From: a virus
Lineage: Duplodnaviria; Caudoviricetes
Length of the DNA stretch: 29,641 nucleotides
Virus record (IMG/VR): IMGVR_UViG_3300032232_000877
Span: 1-29,641 of that record
Reading direction: 5' to 3' (one strand)
Shown: piece after piece, positions 8,004 to 17,200 of the stretch
Numbering within the stretch: the first letter of the stretch is position 1
Layout: every line of letters starts with the position of its first letter
Notes under the pieces: generated by a model
Told to the model about the DNA's origin: nothing
The model's input: only the letters and a program-made list of their open reading frames with translations
The model's database searches: none
Translations under genes and position numbers: made by a program

Positions 8004-8883
8004 ATTTATTTAAAAATAGATTAACGCTTTCTTTACCAATTAAAGTTCCTTTGATATTACATTTTGAACACGCTGGTCCAACACGATTTCCATTAACCAA
8101 TTGATTTCGCACTTTAACAAATTCTTCCCCATGCCAAATATCAGTTAATGAATGTGTATTGATATTTCCAAATCCTTTGTGGGCTCTTTTCCAATCATTG
8201 CAACACAATAAAGCATTTCCATTCCAATCTATAACAATCTTATAAAATGGTAAGTAGCACGGTGATTTTACATTAAGATTTTCTTTTTGAGAATCAATAT
8301 TTACTGAACCTGAGCGATTATTAAAATTATTGCGATTCATAAGATCTTTGGTTGTCTCATCCGGATTTAACCACAATTCTCTTATATCGTAATTATGAAA
8401 CCCATTCTTTTCAAACAGTTTTATAAAGTTATTTTTATGTTCAAGGCCATCATAACAACTAACAATAACCTTGTTAAAGTTTCTTTTGATTACTTCATTG
8501 ATGGTTTTATCATTTAAGAAGTCACCATTGGTTGTCAATACCAAATGATTATTTGGTAATGTGTCTCTGAGCGTAGAAGTTAATTCAAGAAACTTTGGAT
8601 GCGTAAATGATTCACCAAAACCTGAAATATGAAAATCACCTTCATAGCCTTCAGCTAAACATTTATTTGCAATGTTTGTAATGGTTTCCAAGCTCATGAA
8701 TAGCTTTTGATTTGGATAGACCGTAGAATCGCTGCGAGGGCAAAATGAACATTTGCGTGTACATAGCTCAGTGATAGCCAATTCAATTGTGGTCAACCCT
8801 TGCAGTTTATGTAAAAAACTATCCTTTAAGCTGTTAACATAATATCGCTCATTTCTTTTATTGATGTGATACTCACCATTCAT
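7996..8883 (-). CDS. Radical SAM enzyme with C-terminal SPASM/twitch domain (295 aa)
   Basis: CxxxCxxC (CTRKCSFC), GFGE, TTNG; C-terminal CYLPF...GNALLCCND...GNI...CSKC. Confidence 0.92.
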   Translation of the reverse strand: MNGEYHINKRNERYYVNSLKDSFLHKLQGLTTIELAITELCTRKCSFCPRSDSTVYPNQKLFMSLETITNIANKCLAEGYEGDFHISGFGESFTHPKFLELTSTLRDTLPNNHLVLTTNGDFLNDKTINEVIKRNFNKVIVSCYDGLEHKNNFIKLFEKNGFHNYDIRELWLNPDETTKDLMNRNNFNNRSGSVNIDSQKENLNVKSPCYLPFYKIVIDWNGNALLCCNDWKRAHKGFGNINTHSLTDIWHGEEFVKVRNQLVNGNRVGPACSKCNIKGTLIGKESVNLFLNKYA

Positions 8884-8901
8884 ATTATTATATATTCCAT
8901 T

Positions 8902-9855
8902 TCATTTAAAAAGTATTTGAAAGGCTTCAATGAATTGTTTTACAATTTGACTGTTTGTATGTTCGTCTTTTCTTATATTTCCATTAGCAATCATAGAATC
9001 AAACAACTCTTTATGATGCAATAATCTTAAACATTGATACTCAAACTGTTCTACATTATCAGCTAATAGAAAGTCATTTTCGTTTTTGTATATAGAACCC
9101 ATTGCGCTATTCCCATTTATAATGAGAGGCGTACCCATTTTCCATGCTTGATACAATCGGTTAGCTGTCTTTTGACCTAATTTTGTATCTACATTATTAC
9201 CTTTGCTTTTCAATGAAAAATAAGTAGTTCTCTTGCGCACACAAAAATAAACATCTTCATCTCCAGAGTTATGATCATTTTCAAAATCAAATCGCAAATT
9301 CACTCCTTTGTTTTTCATATGATCTACAAAAGAATCGCTGTATATTTCATCTATAAGCGTAGCCTTTCTTCCAGTATAATGAAAAACTTTAGGTGGCCAA
9401 CTTGCTTTACATTTGGTGTAATTTAATGCCATTGGATAATGTATGTATGTTAGCGGTCCACTCAAAACATGTTTAAGGCCAATTCCCGTACTTTTTATTA
9501 TGTCTAGATTCAGAATAGGTTTGAATGAAGACAAATTGCATGCTGCATACAAGTCAACCCCAGGTAATTGCGGTCGGTCTGTAACAATTTGAAGTGTCTT
9601 ATACTTTTTGTTGATGTCTATACAATCATGGTTATCATAATGAAATACCACAGCATCATAATGATCTAAACAATCATCAGCTGATACTAAAGATACATTA
9701 TGAAAACCAAAATTTTTCAATATCCAATAATAGTAACCGGTTGCGCTGTGCTTACCTTTTAAGTAGTCATATCTTTGAGGATTATCTAAATAATTTGGTA
9801 GTGATTCATCACATAAAAATGCAATGCTTTTGTTTAAAATAGTGCTTAACATCAA
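8902..9855 (-). CDS. Putative GT-B fold glycosyltransferase (317 aa)
   Basis: C-terminal K.ANRLYQAWKMGTPLI...FL.ADNVEQF...LL...LF..M..NG pattern resembles GT-B nucleotide-sugar-binding domains; GT-rich context. Confidence 0.55.
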   Translation of the reverse strand: MMLSTILNKSIAFLCDESLPNYLDNPQRYDYLKGKHSATGYYYWILKNFGFHNVSLVSADDCLDHYDAVVFHYDNHDCIDINKKYKTLQIVTDRPQLPGVDLYAACNLSSFKPILNLDIIKSTGIGLKHVLSGPLTYIHYPMALNYTKCKASWPPKVFHYTGRKATLIDEIYSDSFVDHMKNKGVNLRFDFENDHNSGDEDVYFCVRKRTTYFSLKSKGNNVDTKLGQKTANRLYQAWKMGTPLIINGNSAMGSIYKNENDFLLADNVEQFEYQCLRLLHHKELFDSMIANGNIRKDEHTNSQIVKQFIEAFQILFK

Positions 9856-10538
9856 TCTAAAAATGTAATGTTTTCCATTTTTTCCAAACTTTTAAAATAA
9901 AGCAATTCATTTAAATAGTAATGACCATGATTGATTCTATGTGAGTGATCCCAATACCACCCACTCTGAAAACAATCAAATCCGGTTAAAAATATCTCAG
10001 CGTTTGGGTATATTTGTAAAATCTTAAAAACGGTTCGAGCTCCGCATGTAGGCTCTACTATTTTATTTCCTGGCCTAATATAGTTTCTACCGTTAATTTT
10101 TAATTTGTTTATACACAATTCTTCTACATCCTTTAAAGAAAAATATATAATGCTCTTATCTTGAATATTAAACAAATTTAAGCAGTGTAAATGAGCATCC
10201 CAATCACGATTGCCAATAACCAATTCGTTGTGCAATTGTAGTTGCTTGTATAATAACGTATATTCTGAAAAATCTAAACTTTCTTCTTTATCTGGAAACA
10301 TAAACATTAACGTATGAACATCATCCAAAAAGTTAAATTTTAACGGCTTATCATGAATTACACGGTCAAACCAAGCAAACCATTTACTTGAATAAATGGT
10401 TGTTTTGCTGCCTACATATTGTTCAAATCCATCAGTTTTAAAATTTTTAATTCTAACTACTTCATCACATAAATCAATGAATTTACCATTTTTATTTTTA
10501 AGAGCTCCTCCGCCATTACCCACAATACAAATTTTCAT
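9852..10538 (-). CDS. GT29 sialyltransferase-like protein with a complete motif set (228 aa)
   Basis: L: CIVGNGG..L....G.FID..DEVVRI...FEQYVGSKT; S: PTCG...IFLTGFD; motif III-like WYWD; VS: HYYLNE (HxxxxE). Confidence 0.82.
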   Translation of the reverse strand: MKICIVGNGGGALKNKNGKFIDLCDEVVRIKNFKTDGFEQYVGSKTTIYSSKWFAWFDRVIHDKPLKFNFLDDVHTLMFMFPDKEESLDFSEYTLLYKQLQLHNELVIGNRDWDAHLHCLNLFNIQDKSIIYFSLKDVEELCINKLKINGRNYIRPGNKIVEPTCGARTVFKILQIYPNAEIFLTGFDCFQSGWYWDHSHRINHGHYYLNELLYFKSLEKMENITFLD

Positions 10539-11421
10539 AATTTTTGCTATCGGTTAAAGTAACACGAGTAAATTCATTTTCTCCAATTTTGTAAATTTTG
10601 CCATGCAAGTTTTGAGATTTAAAAGTAGCAAAATTTGCGCAATGCACTGAAAAATTATTTATTCTTTGTTTCAAAAGAATATAACATTTTTCATATTCTT
10701 TAATATTTTGTTCTATCAACAGCTTGTGATCAAATATAAATTTTAGATATTCAACTGCATGAGAATTTATTTCATACGAATTACGAATTGTATGCAATCT
10801 TTGTATGATATCATTATGGGCAACGGCATACCCTATGCGCAGCCCTGGAACTCCTCCTAGCTTTGAAAAGCTTCTTACATATATTACATTGGGTAATATA
10901 CGTTTGTCAAACACCGTAGGATTTACGTATGCTTCATCAACAATTACATACTTAAACTTTTTTGAATATGCTTCTATTTGGGCACTAGAAAATTGCACCG
11001 CAGTTGGGCAATGCGGAGAAACAAGATACAGCACATCGCCTCCTAATGACTCAACATCTTCAAAGCAAAAAGACTCTTCATTATATGATGCATGATTTAT
11101 AATAACTCTTTTATTCAAAAGAAGATTATAATAAAATGCTAATTCGTAACTATGTTCTAGTATTTGTATACTATTATAGTTTAATAACAAAAAAAGATTT
11201 TTTAACAGTTCTTCCGAGCCTGTTCCAAAAATTAAATTATCTTCACTTACATTTAAAGAAACACTTGTTACGGCATATATGCTTTTAATGTCAGGATACA
11301 ACGAATATGCTGCAAATTCATTTAGTGATTCTTTAAAAAAGTCATTTGTGTTTTCATTTTTTAAAGAAAAGTTATTTTTTGTGTATTTACTTCTTATTCT
11401 TTTACTAAATGATATTAACAT
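10516..11421 (-). CDS. Fold-type I PLP-dependent enzyme (HisC/CobD-like aminotransferase or decarboxylase), ~301 aa
   Basis: YPD, GTGSEE, VDEAY, RSFSKLGGVPGLRIGY (PLP lysine). Start set at ATG 11421 (track gives 11445) to minimise overlap with the upstream gene. Confidence 0.85.
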   Translation of the reverse strand: MLISFSKRIRSKYTKNNFSLKNENTNDFFKESLNEFAAYSLYPDIKSIYAVTSVSLNVSEDNLIFGTGSEELLKNLFLLLNYNSIQILEHSYELAFYYNLLLNKRVIINHASYNEESFCFEDVESLGGDVLYLVSPHCPTAVQFSSAQIEAYSKKFKYVIVDEAYVNPTVFDKRILPNVIYVRSFSKLGGVPGLRIGYAVAHNDIIQRLHTIRNSYEINSHAVEYLKFIFDHKLLIEQNIKEYEKCYILLKQRINNFSVHCANFATFKSQNLHGKIYKIGENEFTRVTLTDSKNYENLYCG

Positions 11422-12118
11422 TATAAGATAACAAATATATTTCATTTATAAAATCAGGAGCAGGCAATAGTATACTAGGCCAATATTTAAACAATTCGTC
11501 TTTAGTATCAATTGCTTTTAATGCTAAGTCTGTATCAAAATCACATATCAAATGTTTAACTTCATTTATAGTTTCCTCATCATATAAAGCATCGCTTGGA
11601 TTTATTTCGCTATCAAGGTATTTTAAAATTTCGCCTTTATGCAATTCGATTTGAGCCTTCCATACTTCTTTTATTCTAATTAAAGTATCTTCGCCTCCGT
11701 TTTCAAAACTATCAAGAGAAGGTAATTTAAGAAGACATGCAAGTTTAAGACGGTTTAATTGAACATCTTCATTAAAAAAACTATCATCAAAGTTAACAAA
11801 TAATGGATTGATAACTGATAATGTTTCATAATTATGTTTTGCTTCTTTTGCTTTATCTAAGAAATATTTTTTAACATCAAAAGTGTCATCTTCTTTTAGC
11901 GATTCAAACTTGATAATATCACAACCTTTAATGGTTTTTGTTTTATTATCTATATGTGAAACAAGATGAAAAACATCATTAGTTTCATCATAAAAATCTA
12001 CATCTTCTACTTTGTAAAAAAACTTAGTATATACAACATCTTCTCGTTCTTTATAAGTAATACACACAGGCCCATTACATATATCTTTTTTGAAAATTTC
12101 TAAAAATGGTGTATTCAT
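11405..12118 (-). CDS. Hypothetical protein with a C-terminal tail-fibre-assembly-chaperone-like domain (237 aa)
   Basis: C-terminal helical region ending AIDTKDELFKYWPSILLPAP resembles the 'T.DELK..WP..L..P' end of fibre assembly proteins; located right after the fibre and adhesin genes. Confidence 0.5.
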   Translation of the reverse strand: MNTPFLEIFKKDICNGPVCITYKEREDVVYTKFFYKVEDVDFYDETNDVFHLVSHIDNKTKTIKGCDIIKFESLKEDDTFDVKKYFLDKAKEAKHNYETLSVINPLFVNFDDSFFNEDVQLNRLKLACLLKLPSLDSFENGGEDTLIRIKEVWKAQIELHKGEILKYLDSEINPSDALYDEETINEVKHLICDFDTDLALKAIDTKDELFKYWPSILLPAPDFINEIYLLSYNVNII

Positions 12119-12130
12119 ACTCTTTTTAAT

Positions 12131-12685
12131 TTATCCAACATTATGCCATGTTGCTGTTGCATAGCCAGTTACGGTGCTAGTGCCACCTTTTGAAATGTTT
12201 GCGGTAAAGGTATAAGTTGTCCCGAAAAGATTATCTGTTACGGTTATTGTATATGCCACAGCTCCAGCCAATCCATCAAATTGTGCATATACTGAGCCGT
12301 CAAATCCGTTTTGAGATAATGTTTGACCAGCTCGGCCTGTTACACTTACGGTATAATTAGCACTTGCACCATCAACATAAACTCTAATTGTACCGTTGCT
12401 GTTATATGATCCTGCCGTTTGATTAAATATTGTCGCAGATGTTAACAGAAAATAAACTCTTTTGTAATACCAGCCAGACCCATAAAAATTACTTAACCGT
12501 ATTTGCCCACTTGCAGGAACAGCAGCATTATTTGCTATACTTTTAACTACACCATTTACTGGTCCTAAGCTTGTACCAGGAGCTACTTTATGAAATGCAT
12601 TAAAGCTGACATTAGATTTTGATACTATATATTCGTCGGCAAGGTTGCCTAAAGATATTAAACCCGATGATTGAAGTTTTGACAT
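12131..12685 (-). CDS. Putative tail-fibre tip adhesin/accessory protein (184 aa)
   Basis: N-terminal LQSSG.ISL..L..EY...VPASGQIRLSNFYG motif typical of genes following S74-type fibres; C-terminal Ig/beta-rich domain. Confidence 0.65.
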   Translation of the reverse strand: MSKLQSSGLISLGNLADEYIVSKSNVSFNAFHKVAPGTSLGPVNGVVKSIANNAAVPASGQIRLSNFYGSGWYYKRVYFLLTSATIFNQTAGSYNSNGTIRVYVDGASANYTVSVTGRAGQTLSQNGFDGSVYAQFDGLAGAVAYTITVTDNLFGTTYTFTANISKGGTSTVTGYATATWHNVG

Positions 12686-12697
12686 ATATTAAAGGTA

Positions 12698-14065
12698 TCA
12701 TTTAACAAGAAGTTTTAATGCGTCTACTTCAGCATGCAACTGCTCGTTGCTAACCTTAAGTTCTTTAACGCATTCAATGAGAAGTGCTACAATCCTATCA
12801 TACTTAACAGCCTTACTTCCATCTTCGCGTGTGGCTACAATCTCAGGCAATACAGCTTCAACTTCTTGAGCAATTACACCAATGTCATGACCAGAAAATG
12901 CAGACTGTTGGCTATTCCAATCAAAGGATACACCATTTATACGAGACACTTTGTCCAATGGATCTGTAATGTTTACTATGTTGTCTTTATACTTTCGGTC
13001 GGATGTACTATAAGCAATGATGTCACCTCTTGCATCAAGCTGATTAACTATAACATTAGCATACGATGTGGTTCCAACATCGGTTATTATATGTAAGCTG
13101 CCAGCTGCATAACCGTTTGTAGCAGCACGCACACATTTAAGATATACCGCATTTGATCCTGAACAATATAATGATACACCAGCATCACCGGTTTGACTTA
13201 CGCTAGTTAATGCAGCTAGATCGTACGTGGTTTGATTACTTTTGGTTGAAGTTAAACCACCACCTGATATTGCACCGGTTGTAGAAATTACTCCAGCACC
13301 AGCATTTAGTGCCGTTCCTACAATAGCACCAGCATTGCTAACAGTAAATTGCGATGCTGTGCCAACATTAAGTGTGCCTGAATTTAATGCACCGGTTGTA
13401 ACAATTGTTCCTGCGCCAGCATTTAGTGCCGTTCCTACAATAGCACCAAGAGCGCTAACAGTAAATGCAGTGTTACTGTTTCCTATTCCAAGTGTAGCAG
13501 CATTAAGAAATCCAGATGCAGTGATATTAGTTCCACCAATGGTACCGCTGCTGCTAATTGCTCCGCTTGTGATTGTTCCGCTGACTTTAAAATTACCACC
13601 ATTTACATGTAGCAATGAATCAGGTGTAGCTGTGCCTATGCCAACATTTCCGCCAGACAATATTCGCACTCTTTCGGTTGCACTTGTCAATATGCTTATG
13701 GCGCCTGCACCAGCTTGGCTTAAGCTAAACAATCCCGTTCCATTATTTGTAACGCTAAAGCTTCCATTTGCAGTAGATGCACGATTAATTACAACGCTAT
13801 TAACATTTGAAGCACTCCCTAGATTTAAGATTGCGGCACGGCTTCCAGATGTTGCTACTCCAATGTCAACTATAGCACTACCAGCGTCAGCTACAACACC
13901 ACCAATCACAAGCTTTCCAGAGCTATCCCATGTAGGACTGCCAGCTTCAACGGTAAGTTTTTGAATAACGCCATTTGTGCTTTTGCGCCACGTGTTGAAT
14001 GTATCGGCAACAGTAACACCGTTGGCAGCGATGTCCGAAAATTGATTGTATTCAGAAAGGTCCAT
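12698..14065 (-). CDS. Tail fibre protein with C-terminal intramolecular chaperone (peptidase S74) (455 aa)
   Basis: N-terminal DTFNTWRK.TN anchor; GNVGIGTATP shaft motif; STSDRKYKDNI...GVIAQEVEAVLPEIV...VKYDRIVALLIECVKEL coiled coil. Confidence 0.92.
   Translation of the reverse strand: MDLSEYNQFSDIAANGVTVADTFNTWRKSTNGVIQKLTVEAGSPTWDSSGKLVIGGVVADAGSAIVDIGVATSGSRAAILNLGSASNVNSVVINRASTANGSFSVTNNGTGLFSLSQAGAGAISILTSATERVRILSGGNVGIGTATPDSLLHVNGGNFKVSGTITSGAISSSGTIGGTNITASGFLNAATLGIGNSNTAFTVSALGAIVGTALNAGAGTIVTTGALNSGTLNVGTASQFTVSNAGAIVGTALNAGAGVISTTGAISGGGLTSTKSNQTTYDLAALTSVSQTGDAGVSLYCSGSNAVYLKCVRAATNGYAAGSLHIITDVGTTSYANVIVNQLDARGDIIAYSTSDRKYKDNIVNITDPLDKVSRINGVSFDWNSQQSAFSGHDIGVIAQEVEAVLPEIVATREDGSKAVKYDRIVALLIECVKELKVSNEQLHAEVDALKLLVK
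13290..13470 (-). repeat. Internal 117-bp-period duplication in the fibre shaft
   Basis: ccagcatttagtgccgttcctacaatagcacca occurs twice (atttagtgcc at 13304 and 13421); encodes GAIVGTALNAGAG twice. Confidence 0.9.
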
Positions 14066-14070
14066 TGTTG

Positions 14071-14298
14071 TTATTTATCTAGGAGACTTATTAGTTTATT
14101 TACAGTTTCTTGCAATTGACGTTGCGATTCTTTAAGATGTGATACTTCTTCTTCAAGAGCGTTTACCTTACTTCGTGCTTCAGCGGTTGCTTTGCGCTTA
14201 GCAAGCACAGCCGCATATGCAGAGCCATCAACATTGATGATTGCATTGCTACCCACATCGCGCTCCAATGCCGTACTATCCTTTACTTTTATCTTCAT
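14071..14298 (-). CDS. Small coiled-coil protein (75 aa) typically following VrlC-like genes in T4-like phages
   Basis: KVKD...LERD..SNAIINVD...Y, then heptad repeat; 4-nt ATGA overlap with the upstream gene. Confidence 0.8.
   Translation of the reverse strand: MKIKVKDSTALERDVGSNAIINVDGSAYAAVLAKRKATAEARSKVNALEEEVSHLKESQRQLQETVNKLISLLDK
14072..14079 (-). promoter_or_regulatory. Late promoter variant GATAAATA
   Basis: Plus strand tatttatc, 6 nt upstream of fibre ATG 14065; same spacing as the consensus copies. Confidence 0.65.
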
Positions 14299-17200
14299 AC
14301 TCCGGTTGTAGCAATAGCGCGGAAATCGCGTATTGATGGAACATCATACAGGTTGTCCGATGAAAATACAATTTTAATGGTAAAGCCAATAAAATCATTT
14401 GCTGAACTTGACAGCGTATATTCTGCTTCAGTGTATTCTTCAGAATTGCTCGACACAGGAATTGCATTCACTGGTGATATCTTAACCCAGCTTGTCGGAG
14501 TTGCACTTGCACCATCATATGCTAATTTTGCATACAGTGTAATTTTTGCAGCTGCAGTTGGGCGATTTGCATTGATGTAAATATTTAACTGATCAGCTGG
14601 ATTGTTAAGATTTACTGTTTTTGTTAGGTAACGAGAAGTTGCAGCTCCTTTGTCGGCTGTCGTTTCGGTTGTATCGTTGTCAGCCAATGCATTGATTTCA
14701 TTCTTAACAGTAAGCAATGATACACGGTCCAAATCAATCACTGGACTTACATAATCACTGCTAGTTGACAACACCGTTGTCATACTTGTGTTTAGTGCAG
14801 TTGAAAGATTCACTGAAAAAGCAGTTTTTAAGTCGTAATTTTCATTAGGACTAATTATGATTGGAGTCAAATTGCCAAGAGTAAGTGTGTTGGTTATACC
14901 AGTACCTTCAACAGTTATATTCTCTTGAGCTAAATTGAATGTAGTAACTGGAACATTCAGTAGGTTAGCTGTTGCTGTTGGAGCTACAGGACTTCCTGTT
15001 GTGTTAGCAAATGTTAGTGTTGGGCTTTCATTATATGCATAACCGCTGCCAGCGTTAGTCACTCTTACGCTGACAATTGATCCTGTTAATATATCAACTG
15101 TTGGCACACCTGTTGCAGTCGTACCACCGCCAGCCGGTGCAGCAAAAGTCATGCTTGCTCCAGCTTGAGTAAAGCCGCTACCACCCGCGCTAATTGTTAC
15201 ACTTTCAACACCAGTAGAGAATGTCGGTTTAAATTGCAGTGAACCTGAACCAACAAACGCTGCGCGATTAAGCACAAACTTAAAGTCTCGTGTTTGATCT
15301 GGAGTCCATGTACTAGCATTTTGACTCATAAACATAACACCAGCATATACATTCTTTGTAATCTTTTGAGATGTAGCAAGGTCAGTTCCACCGACGCGCG
15401 CAACATACATGCGGTATGCAGGATCATTTGATTTTACAACAATTGCATATTCAGCTCCAGCTTTTAGATACACAGGATCGCTAAACGTGAATCGTGTAGC
15501 TGCGCTACCATTTTCACTGATTTGAACAACCCGTGTAGTTGTATATGCGCCGCTTCCGTCAATTGTATAAGGATTAAGCGATACCTGTGAGAATGGTACT
15601 ACTTTTTGTGTAGGCGTACCATTTTCAACTGTGACAATTTCAACGGTGACCGGCAAAGTAGCACTGACGCTTTGGAAATACAGGTCAAGGCTTGTAACAA
15701 AAGCACCGGTTTCAATGTCACCAATCATGAAACTTTGTGCAAGTGGATCAACGTACTGTACTTTAGTAACTCTACTTACAGCTTTCGATTCATCAACTCT
15801 TGTTTGAGATAATTGAGGAATACGAGTACTTGTTATTAGTGTTTCGTTTGTTTGTGTTAATCCATTTGCAGCATAATTTGAATCTGCATATGTCGTGATT
15901 TCGCTAGGTAAGTTACGAGAACTATCAGCTAAACGGAATGAGCGTGAACCAGTCCTAAACTTATAAACTTCATTGTTGGGAATAAGAAACACTCCTTTAA
16001 TTTCACCAGCAACATTTGTTATCAGCGCTGAAGTGACAATACCAATTGTTGAAAGCGCTGTATTGGCTGGACTGATACCGTTATAAGTTTTTACTTCAGC
16101 ACTATTTTTATAATCAACGATGCTAGCCAATTGCATTGAGTATGCACTTATATCAATGCCGTCAAAGAATGGATATACCTTTGTATTTGGCTTAAGACCG
16201 GTTGCGCTAAAATAAACTTTACGTGAACGAATAAATGGAATAAAAGTAACATCAACTACTCGTTCACCGTTGTTTTGTGTAATATCAGTAAAGTTTAATT
16301 GTGTTTGCAGTCCAACTCTTGATTGTCTACCTGATTCAGTAGTTATAACAGCTTGACGGATCACACCGTCAGGAGCGCGGACCGTATGTGGTGCACTCCT
16401 TGTGACTGTAGAACCGGTCCAATTTGTAGTCCATTCATTCCATATTGTACCCAACACTGCAGTATCTTTTACTGTATCATAATTTGCAGTATTGAGCGCA
16501 GCATACACCGTAGTATTTGTTACTTCCTTCCATTCGTCGGAGCCGGGTGTTAGTGTAACATTACCAACAAAGGATGCAAGATCATATGGATTAACACTTT
16601 CATATTCAGTAGCATATGATTGAGAGATTAGCGGAGTTTCAGCATATGATAAAGTAGCGGTATTGCTGTTAATCTTAATTGAAGATAGTGTGTTGTCAAC
16701 TTTTTTGAAGTCAAAGCGACGAGAAGAATACTGTGGGTATAGTATACCTTTTGTAATGTCAATTGAAGCCGCGTAAGCCTCACTGGCAATGTTTGCAGTA
16801 TTGTTATTATAAAATGAATCCACCAATATACCATTCTTAAAGCGGCTGCCAGTGCTATCAAAAATTGGCTTATCATTTGCTGATTTTTCAAGCAATGATA
16901 GTGTAGTGTAGTATTCGATATTCTTAATGCGGCTTTCCAATCCGCCAATGTCTCGCATAGTATAGCGGCGGTTATCAATATATGTTGAAACAATATCAGT
17001 AGCATTGTGTGTATATGCTGGAACCGCTAATGTATATAGAGCCATCGACTTGGGCGGTGTCTCAGGAACACGTGGATTCAATTCCGCATTGCCTTGTGTA
17101 ATTTCAAAGTTTCCATTATAATCGACACACACTTTGTCAATTCTAGGCAAATAATAATTTGCAGCCGCACTTATGCTGCTGTAAGGATTTAATACATCTA

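Noticed and set aside
8003-8010. AATAAATA motif inside the cassette
   Set aside because: Overlaps the ATG itself and lies in very AT-rich coding DNA, so it is probably chance; it cannot be fully excluded as an internal promoter
8884-8940. TATAAT sigma70-like -10 upstream of the radical SAM gene
   Set aside because: No -35 at proper spacing; AT-rich background
6136-12118. Cassette as an integrative or mobile element, or a host capsule locus
   Set aside because: No integrase, transposase, terminal repeats, flippase, polymerase or membrane proteins seen; genes are seamlessly packed in the phage late operon
13242-13964. 240-aa plus-strand ORF, and similar ones at 17707-18315, 27503-28000, 21677-22039 and 3935-4345
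   Set aside because: Pro/Val/Leu-rich antisense translations of Gly/Thr/Ala-rich structural genes; no motifs; opposite to the uniform operon direction
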